A stretch of DNA of 63,781 bases, the filler included, from Phoronis australis (Eukaryota > Animalia > Phoronida), in the NCBI GenBank assembly GCA_002633005.1. It is 6 parts of 6 records of this genome, joined end to end, with 100 filler letters (N's around TTAATTAATTAA, not from the genome) between each part and the next. Parts side by side here need not be neighbours in the genome. Positions count along the whole stretch, not along the records: positions 1 to 2,776 come from NMRA01003430.1; positions 2,877 to 33,401 come from NMRA01000938.1; 4 more parts are not named here. One strand, 5' to 3'. Shown here piece by piece: positions 1 to 12,371 of this stretch. The translations under genes and the position numbers were made by a program. Positions within the stretch are counted from its first letter, which is position 1. Every line of letters starts with the position of its first letter. Under the pieces are notes generated by a model. The model was not told where the DNA came from and ran no database searches. It worked only from the letters and a program-made list of their open reading frames with translations.

Positions 1-897
1 ACCGGTGTGCCCCCTAGTGGCAATTTTAGTTTTTTACGCTTACCTTTGTATCTTCAAAAGTCCTGAACGGATTTTCGTGAAATTTGGTATGTAGGCACCT
101 ATTAGTGAGATGACGCTATCCTCCCGTTTTCAGATGGATTCGACATAGTTTGTGCCACGTAGTGGCCATTTTTACTGTTTTCGAGTCTGTATTTTTGCGT
201 CCACTCATCTATCAACCAAACCGCTCAAAGGATGATTGTGAAAATTGCCGTGTATGTGCTTACTATAAGGAAGACAGCTGACAACGATTTTCAGACGATT
301 TGGATTACTGTGGCGCCTCCTAGTGGCAGTTTTGTTTTTTTTGCGCCCATGGCTGTATCTCCCAAACTGTTTGCAGGATCTTTACTAAATTTAGCAAGTG
401 TATTTATGTGATGTTGACAACGGACGATGACAACTTTAGGATGATTCTGACTACCGGTATGCCTCTAGTGGCAATTTTAGTTTTTGCCTCTAGTGGCAAT
501 TTTAGTATTTTACATTGACCTCTGTATTTTCATAGGTCTTCAGGTGTATACTTTGTGTTACTTCGTGACTATGAAGGAAAAGTTCCAAGTAGAAATTTGT
601 TTCTGGCATTCTAGTGCTGTGCTAATCTCGTATGTTGGTAAATTTGTTTTTAATNTCTATGTTTCTGTGGTGCTTTAAGCAACTGGTGTATAGGATGTGC
701 TTGTATTATGAAGATTACTCACATTTTGCCCCTAGCCTATTGAGGAGACAATGACGATGCCTTTCCATTTTGCTAAGTACAACATACTACATATATGCTC
801 TCTACTGGCCACTTTGTGGTACCAATAAACAACCCTAGAAGGATACCGTATGCGGTGCAATTGTGGGCGCATTTCAACGCTCTGCGTTGCTCTTGTT
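1..897 (+). mobile_element. Non-autonomous Helentron-type element (HINE/DINE-1-like), 5' end outside the window
   Basis: Internal tandem units carry CC(T/C)CTAGTGGC. The 3' end has subTIR TGTGGGCGCAT, then hairpin CAACGC-TCT-GCGTTG, then CTCTTGTT. Near-identical to the copy at 34015-35451. Confidence 0.8.
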
Positions 898-1259
898 AGA
901 CATCTTTGACGATCCTGCACTACCTTGTGGTCGGTTTTTAAATTTTGGTGTTAGGTTTTTGTCGTCCACCTTTCTATCTGCCAAACCGCTTGAAGGATCA
1001 TTATGAAAATTGGCAAGTGTGTTTCTGACTAGAAGACCACTGTTGACCTTGATTTTCGAGCGTGTTTGACTTTTCTGGTGCCTCCTAGTGGAGATTTTGT
1101 GTTATTTTGTTTCCATGTCTGTATCTCCTTAACTTTTTCAGGAACTTATATGACATATTCTGCACCACCTAGACTCCATTTTTTATGCTTATAAACACCC
1201 GTAGAAGCACACTGCGTTGCTGTCGCGGGCGCATTTCAGCACTCTACGTTGCTCTTGTT
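898..1259 (+). mobile_element. 3' part of an older HINE copy, apparently interrupted by the 1-897 copy
   Basis: Diverged CCTCCTAGTGG unit and a second 3' end (GCGGGCGCATTTCAGCACTCTACGTTGCTCTTGTT). Confidence 0.65.
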
Positions 1260-2776
1260 GGCTTTGTGATGGGGAAGTATTTTGTCTCATTACTTTTGTG
1301 TTGTAGTTGTATTATTGCACAAACTCTAGGTAGAGGTTTATAATTCGGTGCTGGAATATGGTATGGCCATGTTCGGATTTGACAACCCCTAAAGTTGAGC
1401 TACGGAACTCAAGATTTGAGTAAAAACTTGAGATTTTGGGTAAGAGCTCGAAATTCTGAGTTTATGTTCGAAGTTAAGCTTTAATGATGGGCCATGAAGC
1501 TCAAACTAGATTATAATACTGTCCTCCATATTAACCATAATGTAGTTGATCGCAGAATAATAGACACCTTTATTGAGCCCGCTGAAAAGTGAAATGGAAA
1601 TGTCGATACCAATTTCGATTTTTAGTACAGGAACGCTTTTTTAAGGTCCTTTTGTGTGAAGTAGAGCAATTACCACATTAGCTATGACAGCAATAAATCA
1701 CTGGTTAAAATAAAAAACACAGAAATGTAATAAAAAAATTGTCAAAATAGATATGTTAGGTTCCAGTTCTTTGACACTTGTTAATGAAAATAGATCCGGT
1801 TTTAGTAACCCTTTGAACAGGGGTAGATAATTGTCCGGCAACTCAAGATGTTGGACAACAGTATGCATGAATAAAGATTAACAATTGGTCTAGATTGATA
1901 TCTAGATTTTGCAAACGGCTGTTGTCTGAATGTGAAACCAGATGGGAAGGTTTTTGTAATGTCATGCAAGGTCTCGTGTTCTTTTTCGAAAAGCTGCACA
2001 AAGGCACATAATTAACTATAAGCAAGGTTTGAAGTGCAATGGTTTGTCAAGCACTTGTACAAGTAAATGACACAGTGGGCTGTGCTTGTTTCAAGTAGAC
2101 AGAGTTTGGTTTAGTCACTCAAATGGTGGTGAAGCGTTAAAAAGGGATCGCCACAGTAAAGTAGTAGAATACCGCAACAAGTTGCCGCTAGTTTCAACAA
2201 CTGGTTACATTTGTGCTTCTGTCTCTTGTGTATAATAAATTTATTCCGTGTAGCTCAGGTTGTCATATTTCCTTTTTGTCACCCGTCAGTTGTTTTTGCC
2301 GTCTTCTTCCTTGCCAGCGCTCAGTTGTGCCTGGGACGTACCCATCCCAGGTTATACCACTACATCCATCCAGTGTGTTTTGCGTCTCAAAATGATAAAG
2401 GTGTTCTTCCAAATATGGAAGCAAATATAAACTGATTATGGACTGGTGTCGTCGCACCTTACAAGTGGTGACTTCTGCAGTCATGTTGTTGGAAATATCG
2501 CATGCCCAACCGTGTTCAGTCACTGACTTTCACTCTGTGCCACGACAAGTTTATGAAAAGAATCGGTCTTGTCTACTCAGTAAGTTGCAGGCAGGTATAG
2601 TAGGTTCATGTGACACTGCTCGGGTATAAGCTGCTTTTTTCTATTTATGGTACTAAGTACATAGCTTGATATCAGAGAGCAACACAAATTTATTGCTGTC
2701 TATTACAATAAAATCTCACTAATTTTGGACAAAAATAATTACGAAAATGGGCTTTTTTCTTATTTTTTCAAAGCCT

Positions 2777-2876
2777 NNNNNNNNNNNNNNNNNNNNNNNN
2801 NNNNNNNNNNNNNNNNNNNNTTAATTAATTAANNNNNNNNNNNNNNNNNNNNNNNNNNNNNNNNNNNNNNNNNNNN
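2777..2876. other. Artificial contig spacer (44N-TTAATTAATTAA-44N)
   Basis: Exactly 100 nt. The palindromic 12-mer gives stops in all six frames. Five identical copies in the window. Confidence 0.97.
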
Positions 2877-3113
2877 ACAGTTTTTAAATATTGCCCAACT
2901 TTGTTCCAAAATCTCTTTGCTGGATTACCCAAGTTCACCTATATGCAGTCTGAATGTTAACTTTGTGTGTTTTATTTTCGTTTTGCTGCACATGAATTGT
3001 CTTATGATTTTTCAATGAAGTAGCTGACACTACATGTATTAGTCTCGAGACTTCTGAATTTTTGGAGTCTGACTGATGGTAAGCACCAAACACCATTGCA
3101 TACCCATACTAAA

Positions 3114-3412
3114 CTCGGGCGGATCCAGGATTTTGAGTTGGGGGGCAGGGCACAGAATTTCGCCACATCCGCGCGCCCACCCTAAAATGTAGGGATGCAG
3201 GGGTCTCGAATTTTTGGGTTTGTGGACCTTATTACTAAAAAAATCTGGTAAACGGGGTTTGTTCAAGGCCAATGCATTGTGCATTCGCCCACGGAGCCCC
3301 CTGGGTACGCGCATATGCTAGTCAGCAATTAGCACCCCGAACTGACAAATGGTATCTGGGAGAATTTTAGGGGGGCATGGCCCCCTTGGCCCCCTGCTGG
3401 AATCCGCAATTG
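3114..3412. mobile_element. MITE-like element with imperfect terminal inverted repeats
   Basis: Left end GGGCGGATCCAGG, right end CTGGAATCCGC, with G/C-run subterminal motifs. GC-rich island in AT-rich flanks. Confidence 0.5.
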
Positions 3413-5157
3413 AAACTGTGATAGATGCAAAAAACATCTGAACTGAATTGTTGTCGGTGAAAACTAAAAAACATTGGTATCCATAATGCGAGAATATTCA
3501 GACATCCATATGCATATCTGGGCGTGTGCTGTTCGGGGACTTTCCCGAATGAGAAGCGTAAGAAAAGTTATTCAACAACGCCAATTTCACCGGTAGTCGC
3601 CTATCCTTATCAGATCAGTTTTTCTAACCTCATTTCACAACATCTAACCAATACCATTTCAATACATCTCTTTTTTATGACTAACTACTTTGCTGTCTGA
3701 TTTGTTCGGGTTTGATGATATACACTGTATAGAGATGCAGTTGTCTCCTAACGGCCCAATACACCTATTATTGTTTTTTTATACAATTCATTGAATTGAG
3801 ATGTTTCGGGACACAATCAACCGACTTTGAGAACACTAGAAAACTAAATTTCAATCAGACCCACACATTAAAATTTCAGAATTCGAGTTCCGAGTTATGT
3901 ATAACTGAAGACTTACTTTAGAGATTTTTTACTCAACCATAATGCATTTTGAAACGGTGACTATATGCACATGTTATTGGCAGCGTTATCGTCAGGGTCA
4001 AAGGAAACCAACGTGCCTTGTTGTGCTTCTCATTATTTTCTGTAAAGTAACAAAATTAAGTCTCTCTTGATATGTTCGATCGCCTATTTTAAAATTTCAA
4101 AACTGTATTTTGAATCCTCGCATACATTTGTTACTATGCAGACATTGGCCGGTTGCATAAATTTGGTGAGGTGCCCTACTTCTAGAGCCCGAAGCGGTAT
4201 GAAGAAGGGTGATTGCCAGACTTTTTATGGTTTTATTTTGTAGAGCTAAGATCAATCTAAACACTGGTTGTAGTTTTGTTGTTTTAAATTTGGCTTCAGC
4301 TGAGATATTGAGGCAGGAAGTAGGGCAATTTTCAACATTTTGGAATCACCACGAACTAGCTAAACTGGTAGCCTTCAAAAACGGTTAAGATGTAACTGAA
4401 ACCTTGACATTTTCTATGACTGGCAAGTTGAAAGACACCCCAATTCAGTGATAAACTTGAAGTGTTTCATTTTGCACTATTGTTCTCAAGGTAAGTTCGC
4501 AAAAAGTGCCAAAATGTAGCTGTAACGAGGCTTGGAATTGGCAGAAAAACAACACGTTCCCATAGCAACCACAAGGTGGCGCACGCAAAAAAATTAATGC
4601 TGGTATGAAGGTTGGGGCATCAACCCCTACCATCATGCAAACAATCGAGGAAATCCGTGACATAGCCTTTATCACTTTTTGCCTGGTCCATTCGTGGACG
4701 TGCTCTTAAGCTTTAAAGTGGTGCGCACGTGTGAGTTCACACACTTGAATCGCTAGAGTTGGCCTACACCTTACATTGGCAACAACGTGTGAAAGACAAA
4801 TCGCATTTCGCGCACGTAGCCCCAGAAACAAGTAAAAGGGCTTGAGAATTTCTTGGCAACTGAAAGTAAAGACGTGGCCGTCGTTTGGCAATTAATAGGG
4901 TTGTCATTTTTAGTGTGGCTACCTTATGCGATAAAAAAACGATGTGCTCATCTCTACTTAGTCACGATTGTCTTTCCGGACCTCTTGCACGCTAACAACG
5001 GGACCGACTAGTGCCGCGGTGCAATATCAGGGATATTGTCGTGGATATTCGATACATGTAATAAGGGCATCTTAAGCAAAAACCAATGTTTGGTAAGTTG
5101 ATTGCTTAAGAATTAGTAGAAACACCGCTGTTTTGTGACGTTTTATCACTTATTATG

Positions 5158-5524
5158 CAGGGGCCCGAAACTTTCTTCGGCAAATCCGGAAACTTGCAAA
5201 AGAAGCCGAAAATGTTAGCCAATGAAACGCGCCCAAGATCGATTCTGCTTATGTACGTTCAAGCGACTTACAAGTCATCGGGAGGGCTGCTCTCGGTTAG
5301 TGTTCTTTCGAGTTTGGATTTGGCAAACAACCAAATAACCGTCGGATTAACAAGAGTTGCTTTATAATTGCCAGGTATCTGCCGAGAACTATAAAACTCA
5401 ACTCGCATACGTTGGAAATTCCAGGTTGCATTTTGCGACTTGATACGAGCTAACAAAAATCTCAGCTCGCATTTCCAAATTTCAGTTCGCAAATGCGACC
5501 TGCAGCTCGTTATGTCGAGCCCTG
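5158..5524. mobile_element. MITE-like element with CAGGG...CCCTG ends (hAT-like)
   Basis: CAGGGGCCCGAAA at left and TGTCGAGCCCTG at right, with internal repeated CTCGCA/TTCGCA motifs. No target-site duplication is evident. Confidence 0.4.
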
Positions 5525-6199
5525 ACTAAACCAATGCCTTCTGTCGACAGAATGGCTGCAATGTGAAAAGAATTTCAATCTGCCTTTGTTCAGTGACGTC
5601 AAGACATGGGTCAATCATCAGAAGGTAATCAGTCCCAACACCAAGCCTCAAACGGCTAAATCGATCAGTGCCATCTTGAGGCTGGTGGACAAAGTTGAAA
5701 AGGTCACATTAGTGTCAATTGTGTGTAAACACAGAGCAAAATCATCAATTGATGCTCATGAGATTTTTTGTAACAGATTGTGTACACTTTAAGGAATCTG
5801 AAAATGGTAACAAAATAGACGATTTGGGAAAAAATGGAATGAATAGAAAGTCGCTTCTGAAAATATTTATTACAAGAAACTGAATTCCTACGACCAGCTG
5901 TAATACTTGTGTTAACGAAGGATGAAACATTAATATATCTTGCAGATTATGGTATACAGTGTATTAAGGTAATTTTTATTATGTATACCTTGGAAAACGT
6001 ACAGTGGAGTTTGTTAGTTTGTACTCTAAGACACTAAGCAGGCGTTGTTTTATTTCAGGTATTGTGATCAAGGAGCACGGTGATGCTTATGCAAGCTTTA
6101 TAGTAAAAGGGACAGGCATGAGGTTCCGAAACGCTGGCGACAGGGAGGGAGGGGGCAGACTGTGTGAAGCTGCCAGTCTATTCGAGCCAACACAGCCTC

Positions 6200-6410
6200 T
6201 CAATACTGGCCCTTTATAGGGCCGAAACCAGTTTTTGGTATATTGGCCCAGTAATGGCCTGGTACTGGCCCTTTACTTTCCCGATGTTGCAATCCAATAC
6301 CCAGCTGGTGTGCAAAATGTTATTAGGCCAGTAGTGGCCTACAGCACTGGGCCAATACAACAGGCAGTTCAGGGTCAGTATTGACCTAGTACGAGCATGT
6401 TTAATGGGTA
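6200..6410. repeat. Degenerate GGCCCAGTA/TACTGGCC short-motif repeat, probably MITE-derived
   Basis: Repeated TACTGGCCC, GGCCCAGTA and GGCCAGTAGTGGCC motifs in both orientations. Confidence 0.45.
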
Positions 6411-6907
6411 GTTAATACAGGTTTAATAGTCTGTTTTTTTTCTTAAACAAACAGGCCGATTGGAAGATTTTACAACTGATGAATCCGAAGATGTCGTGTC
6501 CCCATGAGTCATAATCCGGTGATTAGTGTATCGGGACCGGCCTCGTGGCCTAAACACGCCCGGTGTACCGCAAAAGGCATCAGGCCACCAATACTCTTTT
6601 CTTTTTAGTTGCCAAGTGAAAGAATATTTAACATTTGTAATGCAAAGAAGATTGGGTTAAAAGAGTATTTGGTGTCACAAGTACGTTGTCCAGTAATCTT
6701 GTTCATCTGAAAAATACATTTCTATCACGTTGCCACGATGCCAGGTCTCTTTTTGACTCGAGAATTGCAATCAATTAAAAATACCAATGTATACAAAGGC
6801 AAAATGGTGATCGGGTACGACGTATTTAATGTTTTTTGGCTGCGTACGCATGCATAAAGTTTGAATATACTGTAATGAACTATGGTTTGGTGGCCGCTTG
6901 TTCAAAT

Positions 6908-6990
6908 TGTTGTTATTATTATCATTACCATTGACATTACCATTAGCATTACTAATACCATCATCAATACCGTTATCGTTATTACTATCA
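6908..6990. repeat. Degenerate trinucleotide microsatellite (TTA/ATC/ACC)
   Basis: TGTTGTTATTATTATCATTACCATT...ATCATC run. Confidence 0.6.
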
Positions 6991-7589
6991 TGAAGCCCTT
7001 GGTATCTTAGCGGATGATTCCCGAGTTCTACTATCTACTAAGGTGACAAATAACGCTTTTGCTAAATCTTTGACACTTATCAAACTTATACAACCATTTC
7101 TTATTGTATCTATTGACGCTACTACCAAATACGGACTATACTTTTACCTTATGTGCCGCTGACCATTATGTTAGGCAGAATAACAGGCACAGTGAAGACA
7201 ACATTTATGACCAGAACACTACGGTAAAAGTAAAAGATTGAAACGCTAGATGTTTTCAGCAATCGTTTTCTGGCGTGCTATGCATGGTAGTCGGCGACAT
7301 CCTCGTCGTCTTTGATGTCTTAGTATTATATTGTGTCGGGCAACATTACCAGCCGGTGTTCCTCAAAAAGATTGATTTCATTTATTATATATAACAAGGC
7401 CTACAACAAAAATCCCCGGATAAAAATCCTTGGGCAACTGGGTAATTTCACCTTATCAACGGGGAAATTGGACCAACAGGGTACTTTCTACTGCTTTGAT
7501 TTTGTGCTGTTAGTTTTGTGTTAATCAGTTGAATCTCTAAAAAAATCTACAGAACGGTGAATTAGATATTTAGAATAAACTGTACTTAC

Positions 7590-7931
7590 AAACTGGCTTG
7601 GAGGACATAACGTACATATGCAATTGACTTCCGCAAGTTTCGGTGGGATCTGCAGAACATGGAATGTTGCATTTGTCAATGTCCTCCATATAGGATATAT
7701 CCTCATTGTAAGTGTCGCCGCACCAGCATTCGTACCCTTGTTGTACACCCGCATACTTGAAATTTCCGCCGTAGCACAAAGTTCGACAAAAGGTACGTGT
7801 CATCAGCAACCGGTTTTGAAATCCGTACTTCCCATATCGTCCATTTTTCTTCTTTACTAATAAGGCTGACAACGTGTTACTTTGTGCCGACGCGTAACAT
7901 CCTTCCACTATGGTCATATTAGAGCCCAAAT
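7590..7931 (-). CDS. WSC-domain exon (putative carbohydrate-binding), phase 1-1
   Basis: Translation GCY...MTRTFCRTLC...KYAGVQQGYECWCG...KCNIPCSADPTETCG fits the 8-Cys WSC pattern. Acceptor ctttttcttgtag|, donor |gtaagt. 342 nt, a multiple of 3. Confidence 0.88.
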
Positions 7932-8402
7932 CTACAAGAAAAAGCTGCTTTTGGTTGCAATAATGCATGTATACCAAACACGTCCAGCAACTTGAAGCAA
8001 CACTTATACCAGGTGTTCTGCACACCTACACGAAGATTGTTATCATAACACCTCAACAAAATTTGGAAAGTTCTGGTTACTCGCCTACTTTTTATTATTT
8101 TACTTTAATCAAATCATATTGCACACCAATGAAAAGCCCAGAAGTCGCCCTTTCAAAATATACCACGTTCTGTCAATGAATGTTTTTTGCGTATAGTAAC
8201 TTTTGTGACAAATATGGGCTTGGTCTCAAAATGAATGTTGTAAATTTAGTTGAAGCAAGTTTGAGCATTCATATTTTTCAATAGCAATCACAGTGCTGTA
8301 TTCACTGCAATAAAAAAAACTTGTGGCAATTTGGCAACAATGAAACAACTGGTTGAGAGATAGTTGTGATATTGTGACTGATAGACAGCAGTGATAGTCT
8401 TC

Positions 8403-8810
8403 TCAGTATAAGGTTGACAAAATATTCCCAGTCACTGCAGCGACACACTTTCTTAGCATGTTGTTGAATCATCTGGCGATGCGTTGCTGTGTGATGGCAT
8501 TCCTGTGTCAGTAAGTGCCTTTAATCAGCCACAGGGGCTATGTCACTTGCGCACCTACTGCCCATATGAGTTGGTTCCACAGGTGATTGATGGTGCTCAC
8601 GTCTGGGTTGTATCAAGGACATTCCATTTGCTGTACTCCCGCGTGAGGCAGATGGTCTGTCACAAGCCTGGAACGGTGGAGGCGCGTTGTCCTCTTGGAA
8701 GATAGTATTGGGTCCCTAATGTTGGAGAATAGGGATTGCTACTGGGTACAGGATGCCGTCTCAATAAGTAACCGATTTAGGCTGCCATCAACGGTAGTGA
8801 CATTGTTAGG
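8403..8810 (-). mobile_element. Decayed Tc1/mariner transposase, DDE C-terminal half
   Basis: Manual translation through stops and frameshifts: ILYPVAIPILQH*GPNTIFQEDNAP/HRSRLVTDHLPHAGVQQMECP*YNPDVSTINHLWNQL. Matches the Tc1 pattern FQxDNAxPH...WPxxSPDLNPIEHLW. Confidence 0.8.
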
Positions 8811-11461
8811 CATGGGGTTTTGAAACATGCACTTTGTGACAAAGCATCCTTTGGTAGCAAAGTTACTGAACGTATTTTAATTTCATTGGCGAAATGCGGT
8901 TCTCTTGGAAAGGGAGATAAGTGAGCTTTCCATTGATATAGAAAACGCTATCAATAAACAAAAAGTAACGAAAACACAAAAGAGTGTACACAGATTTCTA
9001 AACTTTTGTTGAGTGCTAATAATATATTTAGGGTCATCAGTTGAAATTACCTTTCATGCGACTTTACCAAAGCAAATTAACAAATAAAGTTTTTCATTTA
9101 ATAACAGCCTAGTCAGGAATATAACAGTTTACATTGTCCTTCAAAAGCTTACGAGTTTGCATGCAGCTGATATAAATCCAGCGCTGTATCGGCGTATCGG
9201 AAACCTTAACAACTGCAAAGTACGATGGGATATTCTTGCTGCATTTCGCCCTCTTCAGATGGCTTCAACGGAAAACAAATTATACTTCTCACTCTCAAAA
9301 TGTCCGGTTTCAACATACGCCTTACGGGATGGAGGTCGTTGACTGAATTTCTACATAAACAATGACACACTGTTGTGTCCCTTGCTGCACAAATAACCAA
9401 TGAAGAAACAAAATATTCCATCAATTTCATACTGACAAAGTATTAACAAGCCAGTGTCTCGTGAAGATTCGCAGATACAATAGTCGATCTTAGCTAGTAA
9501 ATTATTACACAATCCCAGTATTAACTCTAGTCGATGTTAGAATCACGTCCCCAAAGTAAATCGTTTTTCGAAATGTATATTCTCTGGAATTTAAATAAAA
9601 TGAAAAACTTAGGCGCCACCATTTTCTCAAAATCGGTGACTGCTTGAGTTGTCAATCTCAATTGAAGACAGTCGTTTAGGTTTGTTTATCAAATAAACTG
9701 AAAGCTGACACGCATTCCCTCTCGCGTTGATGACTGGCACAGTTCGCAGCCATCAAAAGCCGTCAGGCAATGACGTCAACAGAGCTTCCCCTGGCGAAAC
9801 TTCCCCTTTCATAATGTTTACACGATTAATATAAATTGTAAATTGTGTTGAATCTGAGCTATGTAAAACACACATCACGAATTTTTGTCCGGCCCGTCGG
9901 GGATCGTTCGACAACCGGTTGTTTAGCAAACCATCAACGGTCTGCTAGGAGACGTCAGCTTAGTCTCTTCTGCGTTTGGCAGTTGGGTCGGCAAACTTGT
10001 TTACTAGCTAAGACAACCGCTTCGGATTATGCGTATCCTCAGTCGGAAAGAACCATTTTATGAGTTAGCGGGTCCACCCTACATGTAGTTAACCCGCAGT
10101 TTGCCGAATTTCTGCCCACTACTTAATATAGAAAAACTGAATGTATATACGAATTGAGTGTAATTAGAGCAAAGTAAATTAATGTTCGCGTTTAATTACG
10201 GACGGCGTGGTAAAATCAAAGGATAACTTTTTCGCTGAAATTGTATTCGAACTCTAGGTATGAAGCGTTTCTACGTACAGCAATGAAAAAACGTTGAAAT
10301 GTTATCGTGAAATTGTATGAACATTCAAAAACAGTGGTGTACGTGTTACGAAAGCTGGCGTTAGGGAAATCTTCAAAGAGTAGCTCGTAATTGTACCCTA
10401 TCATGGCTATTCCTCTTGATTCTCACTTCACCACGTAGTGGCACATGGAGTTATTCAACATCTTCTAGCAGCGGTACGAATTTCTTCTACCGTACTGACA
10501 ACGCATTTACATAGGTTGCTTCGGATTTAACGCCTTCATTACCATCTGCTTCTCTGCTTTTGGTTTTGTTTTGTCGTTGAAATTAGAACTAAGATATATG
10601 CCAGCAAAATATTCGGACACTGCAAAAATTCAAACTCGGATGGTGAAGCGGGAAGCACAAATCAAAGCATCAAACAATGAGATATTTTTTGAGAACTGCG
10701 GAACCATGATTTTTAACGGTTAATTCGATATACACGGAGCAATTAGAATTGAAAATAATCATACAGATGTTTCACGTTCATGGCAGTTCCTTTATTACAG
10801 GCAGGCGGTAAAATGTTGCTAAATTGCATAATATTGAGATTACGCATTACCGCACTGAACCATCTGAGCAAAACATTTACAAACAACGTTGGAAAACAAC
10901 CCACCTCCTCAGTGAATTGAGTCAGCGTTCTCAAAACCAAGTTTCCGCTACACTAAATAATTTGTGCCACGGGTTACAGCCCAATAATCCAAAAGAAGGC
11001 CTCCTCGAAGTCCCACCCGTACTCCCAAATAAACGCTATTGTGAAAATACCGCACACCTCCAAAATAAACGCATTTGAAGCTTTTTATTTCCGCAACAAT
11101 GTATATTTATTACGCCCCATTTTAAATGGCAATTGTCATACAGTGTTTGATTTTACTTTACTTCTGTTTCTGTTGACGAAGGACGTTATTATATCCGACA
11201 TTTTCAGTTGATCCATTCTTGTTGTTTTATTTACCTATACATATTTCCTTTTTATGAGAGTAAAAACGGCTGAAACAAGTCTCTTAATTTCATTTTTCAA
11301 AATCTAGTTTCTGTGTGGGTGTTTTGTTACAAAGCATCAAATTAGCAATTCAATCGTGAAATTGGAAGAACAGTTATGACAGTGGAGTAAAATAATAAAG
11401 AATCATGTTATTAAGTAATGTTTTTCAGGAGTTGTGGGGTTTCGGTGAAGTGAGGTATTAC

Positions 11462-11550
11462 GGATTGTTCTCAGACCCCTTCGACCCCCACACCCACGAC
11501 CCCCTCGACCCATGACCACCTCGACCCACAACCCCACTATCCAGGTCCCA
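11462..11550 (+). repeat. CGACCC-headed dispersed repeat, copy A (head only)
   Basis: GGATTGTTCT followed by (T/A)CGACCC(C/A) multimers. Confidence 0.65.
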
Positions 11551-11964
11551 CAACTCGATCGACTAACGACATATGCCGGTAGAAGTAGCTTTGCGCATTT
11601 GTACACATTTCATAATTGTATTACCTCGCTGAATGACTTTGCCATACATGTAAGACATTCCTTCAGGCAAATCTACTATGACTCAAGCCTGGTGCTTAAA
11701 AACAGGAAGTGGTTGAACAAAATCTGGTGTAGCGAAATGTGAGCGTGTTATTGTTGCAACGGAAATACATTCAGTTCCACGAACTGCTACCAGTGACCCT
11801 GTCTAAGCTCAGGAAGAGAGTAACATTACGTGATTGGACGCATTTTCAAACATTTATTGGTTACTTTCTGTTGTATACTTGTTTATAATGTACTTCATGT
11901 AACGTTGAGATCCCTTTTAGTTTACCATATTTACTGAAGAAATTACATATTCGTCGGTTCCATG

Positions 11965-12371
11965 CACTCTCCCAAGAGAGCTTGAATCTGGCATTCGCTG
12001 AAGAACGGACGAGGCAATAACAATTAGGCCAAGACTGACATTTACAACGTTGTTAGGTATCTGATTTGATTTGGTAGAGTTGTTTTTTTTTCTGTTTTTT
12101 ACTTTCAAACTTACCAAATCGATTCTCTTGGTTGCAAAAAAACAAAGAAAAGCCAGCCAAGCTCACGGTCCGACTCGTTGATCTTGCAAGTCAGCACTTG
12201 TTCAATGTTCAGATGGCGTCGGGCTCGTGTAAACTGCGTTGAGTTTGTTGTGGGTTGTGGGTGGAGGGGTTTCTGTGTCGTGGTCGAGGAGGTTGTGGGT
12301 CGACGGGGTTTTGGGTTGAGGGGTCTTGGGGAGTGGGAGTCGTGTGGGTCGAAGTGGTCTTAGAACAAACC
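11965..12371 (-). repeat. CGACCC-headed dispersed repeat, copy B (head plus body)
   Basis: Reverse complement begins GGTTTGTTCTAAGACC with CGACCC multimers. The body aligns by eye with 19220-19480. Confidence 0.75.

Noticed and set aside
484-920. Near-identical ORFs at 484-678 and 34965-35156 suggesting a gene family
   Set aside because: Both lie within HINE copies. The similarity reflects the repeat, and there is no protein motif.
2211-2629. Stacked ORFs with possible splice sites
   Set aside because: Tandem in-frame stops and no recognisable domain.
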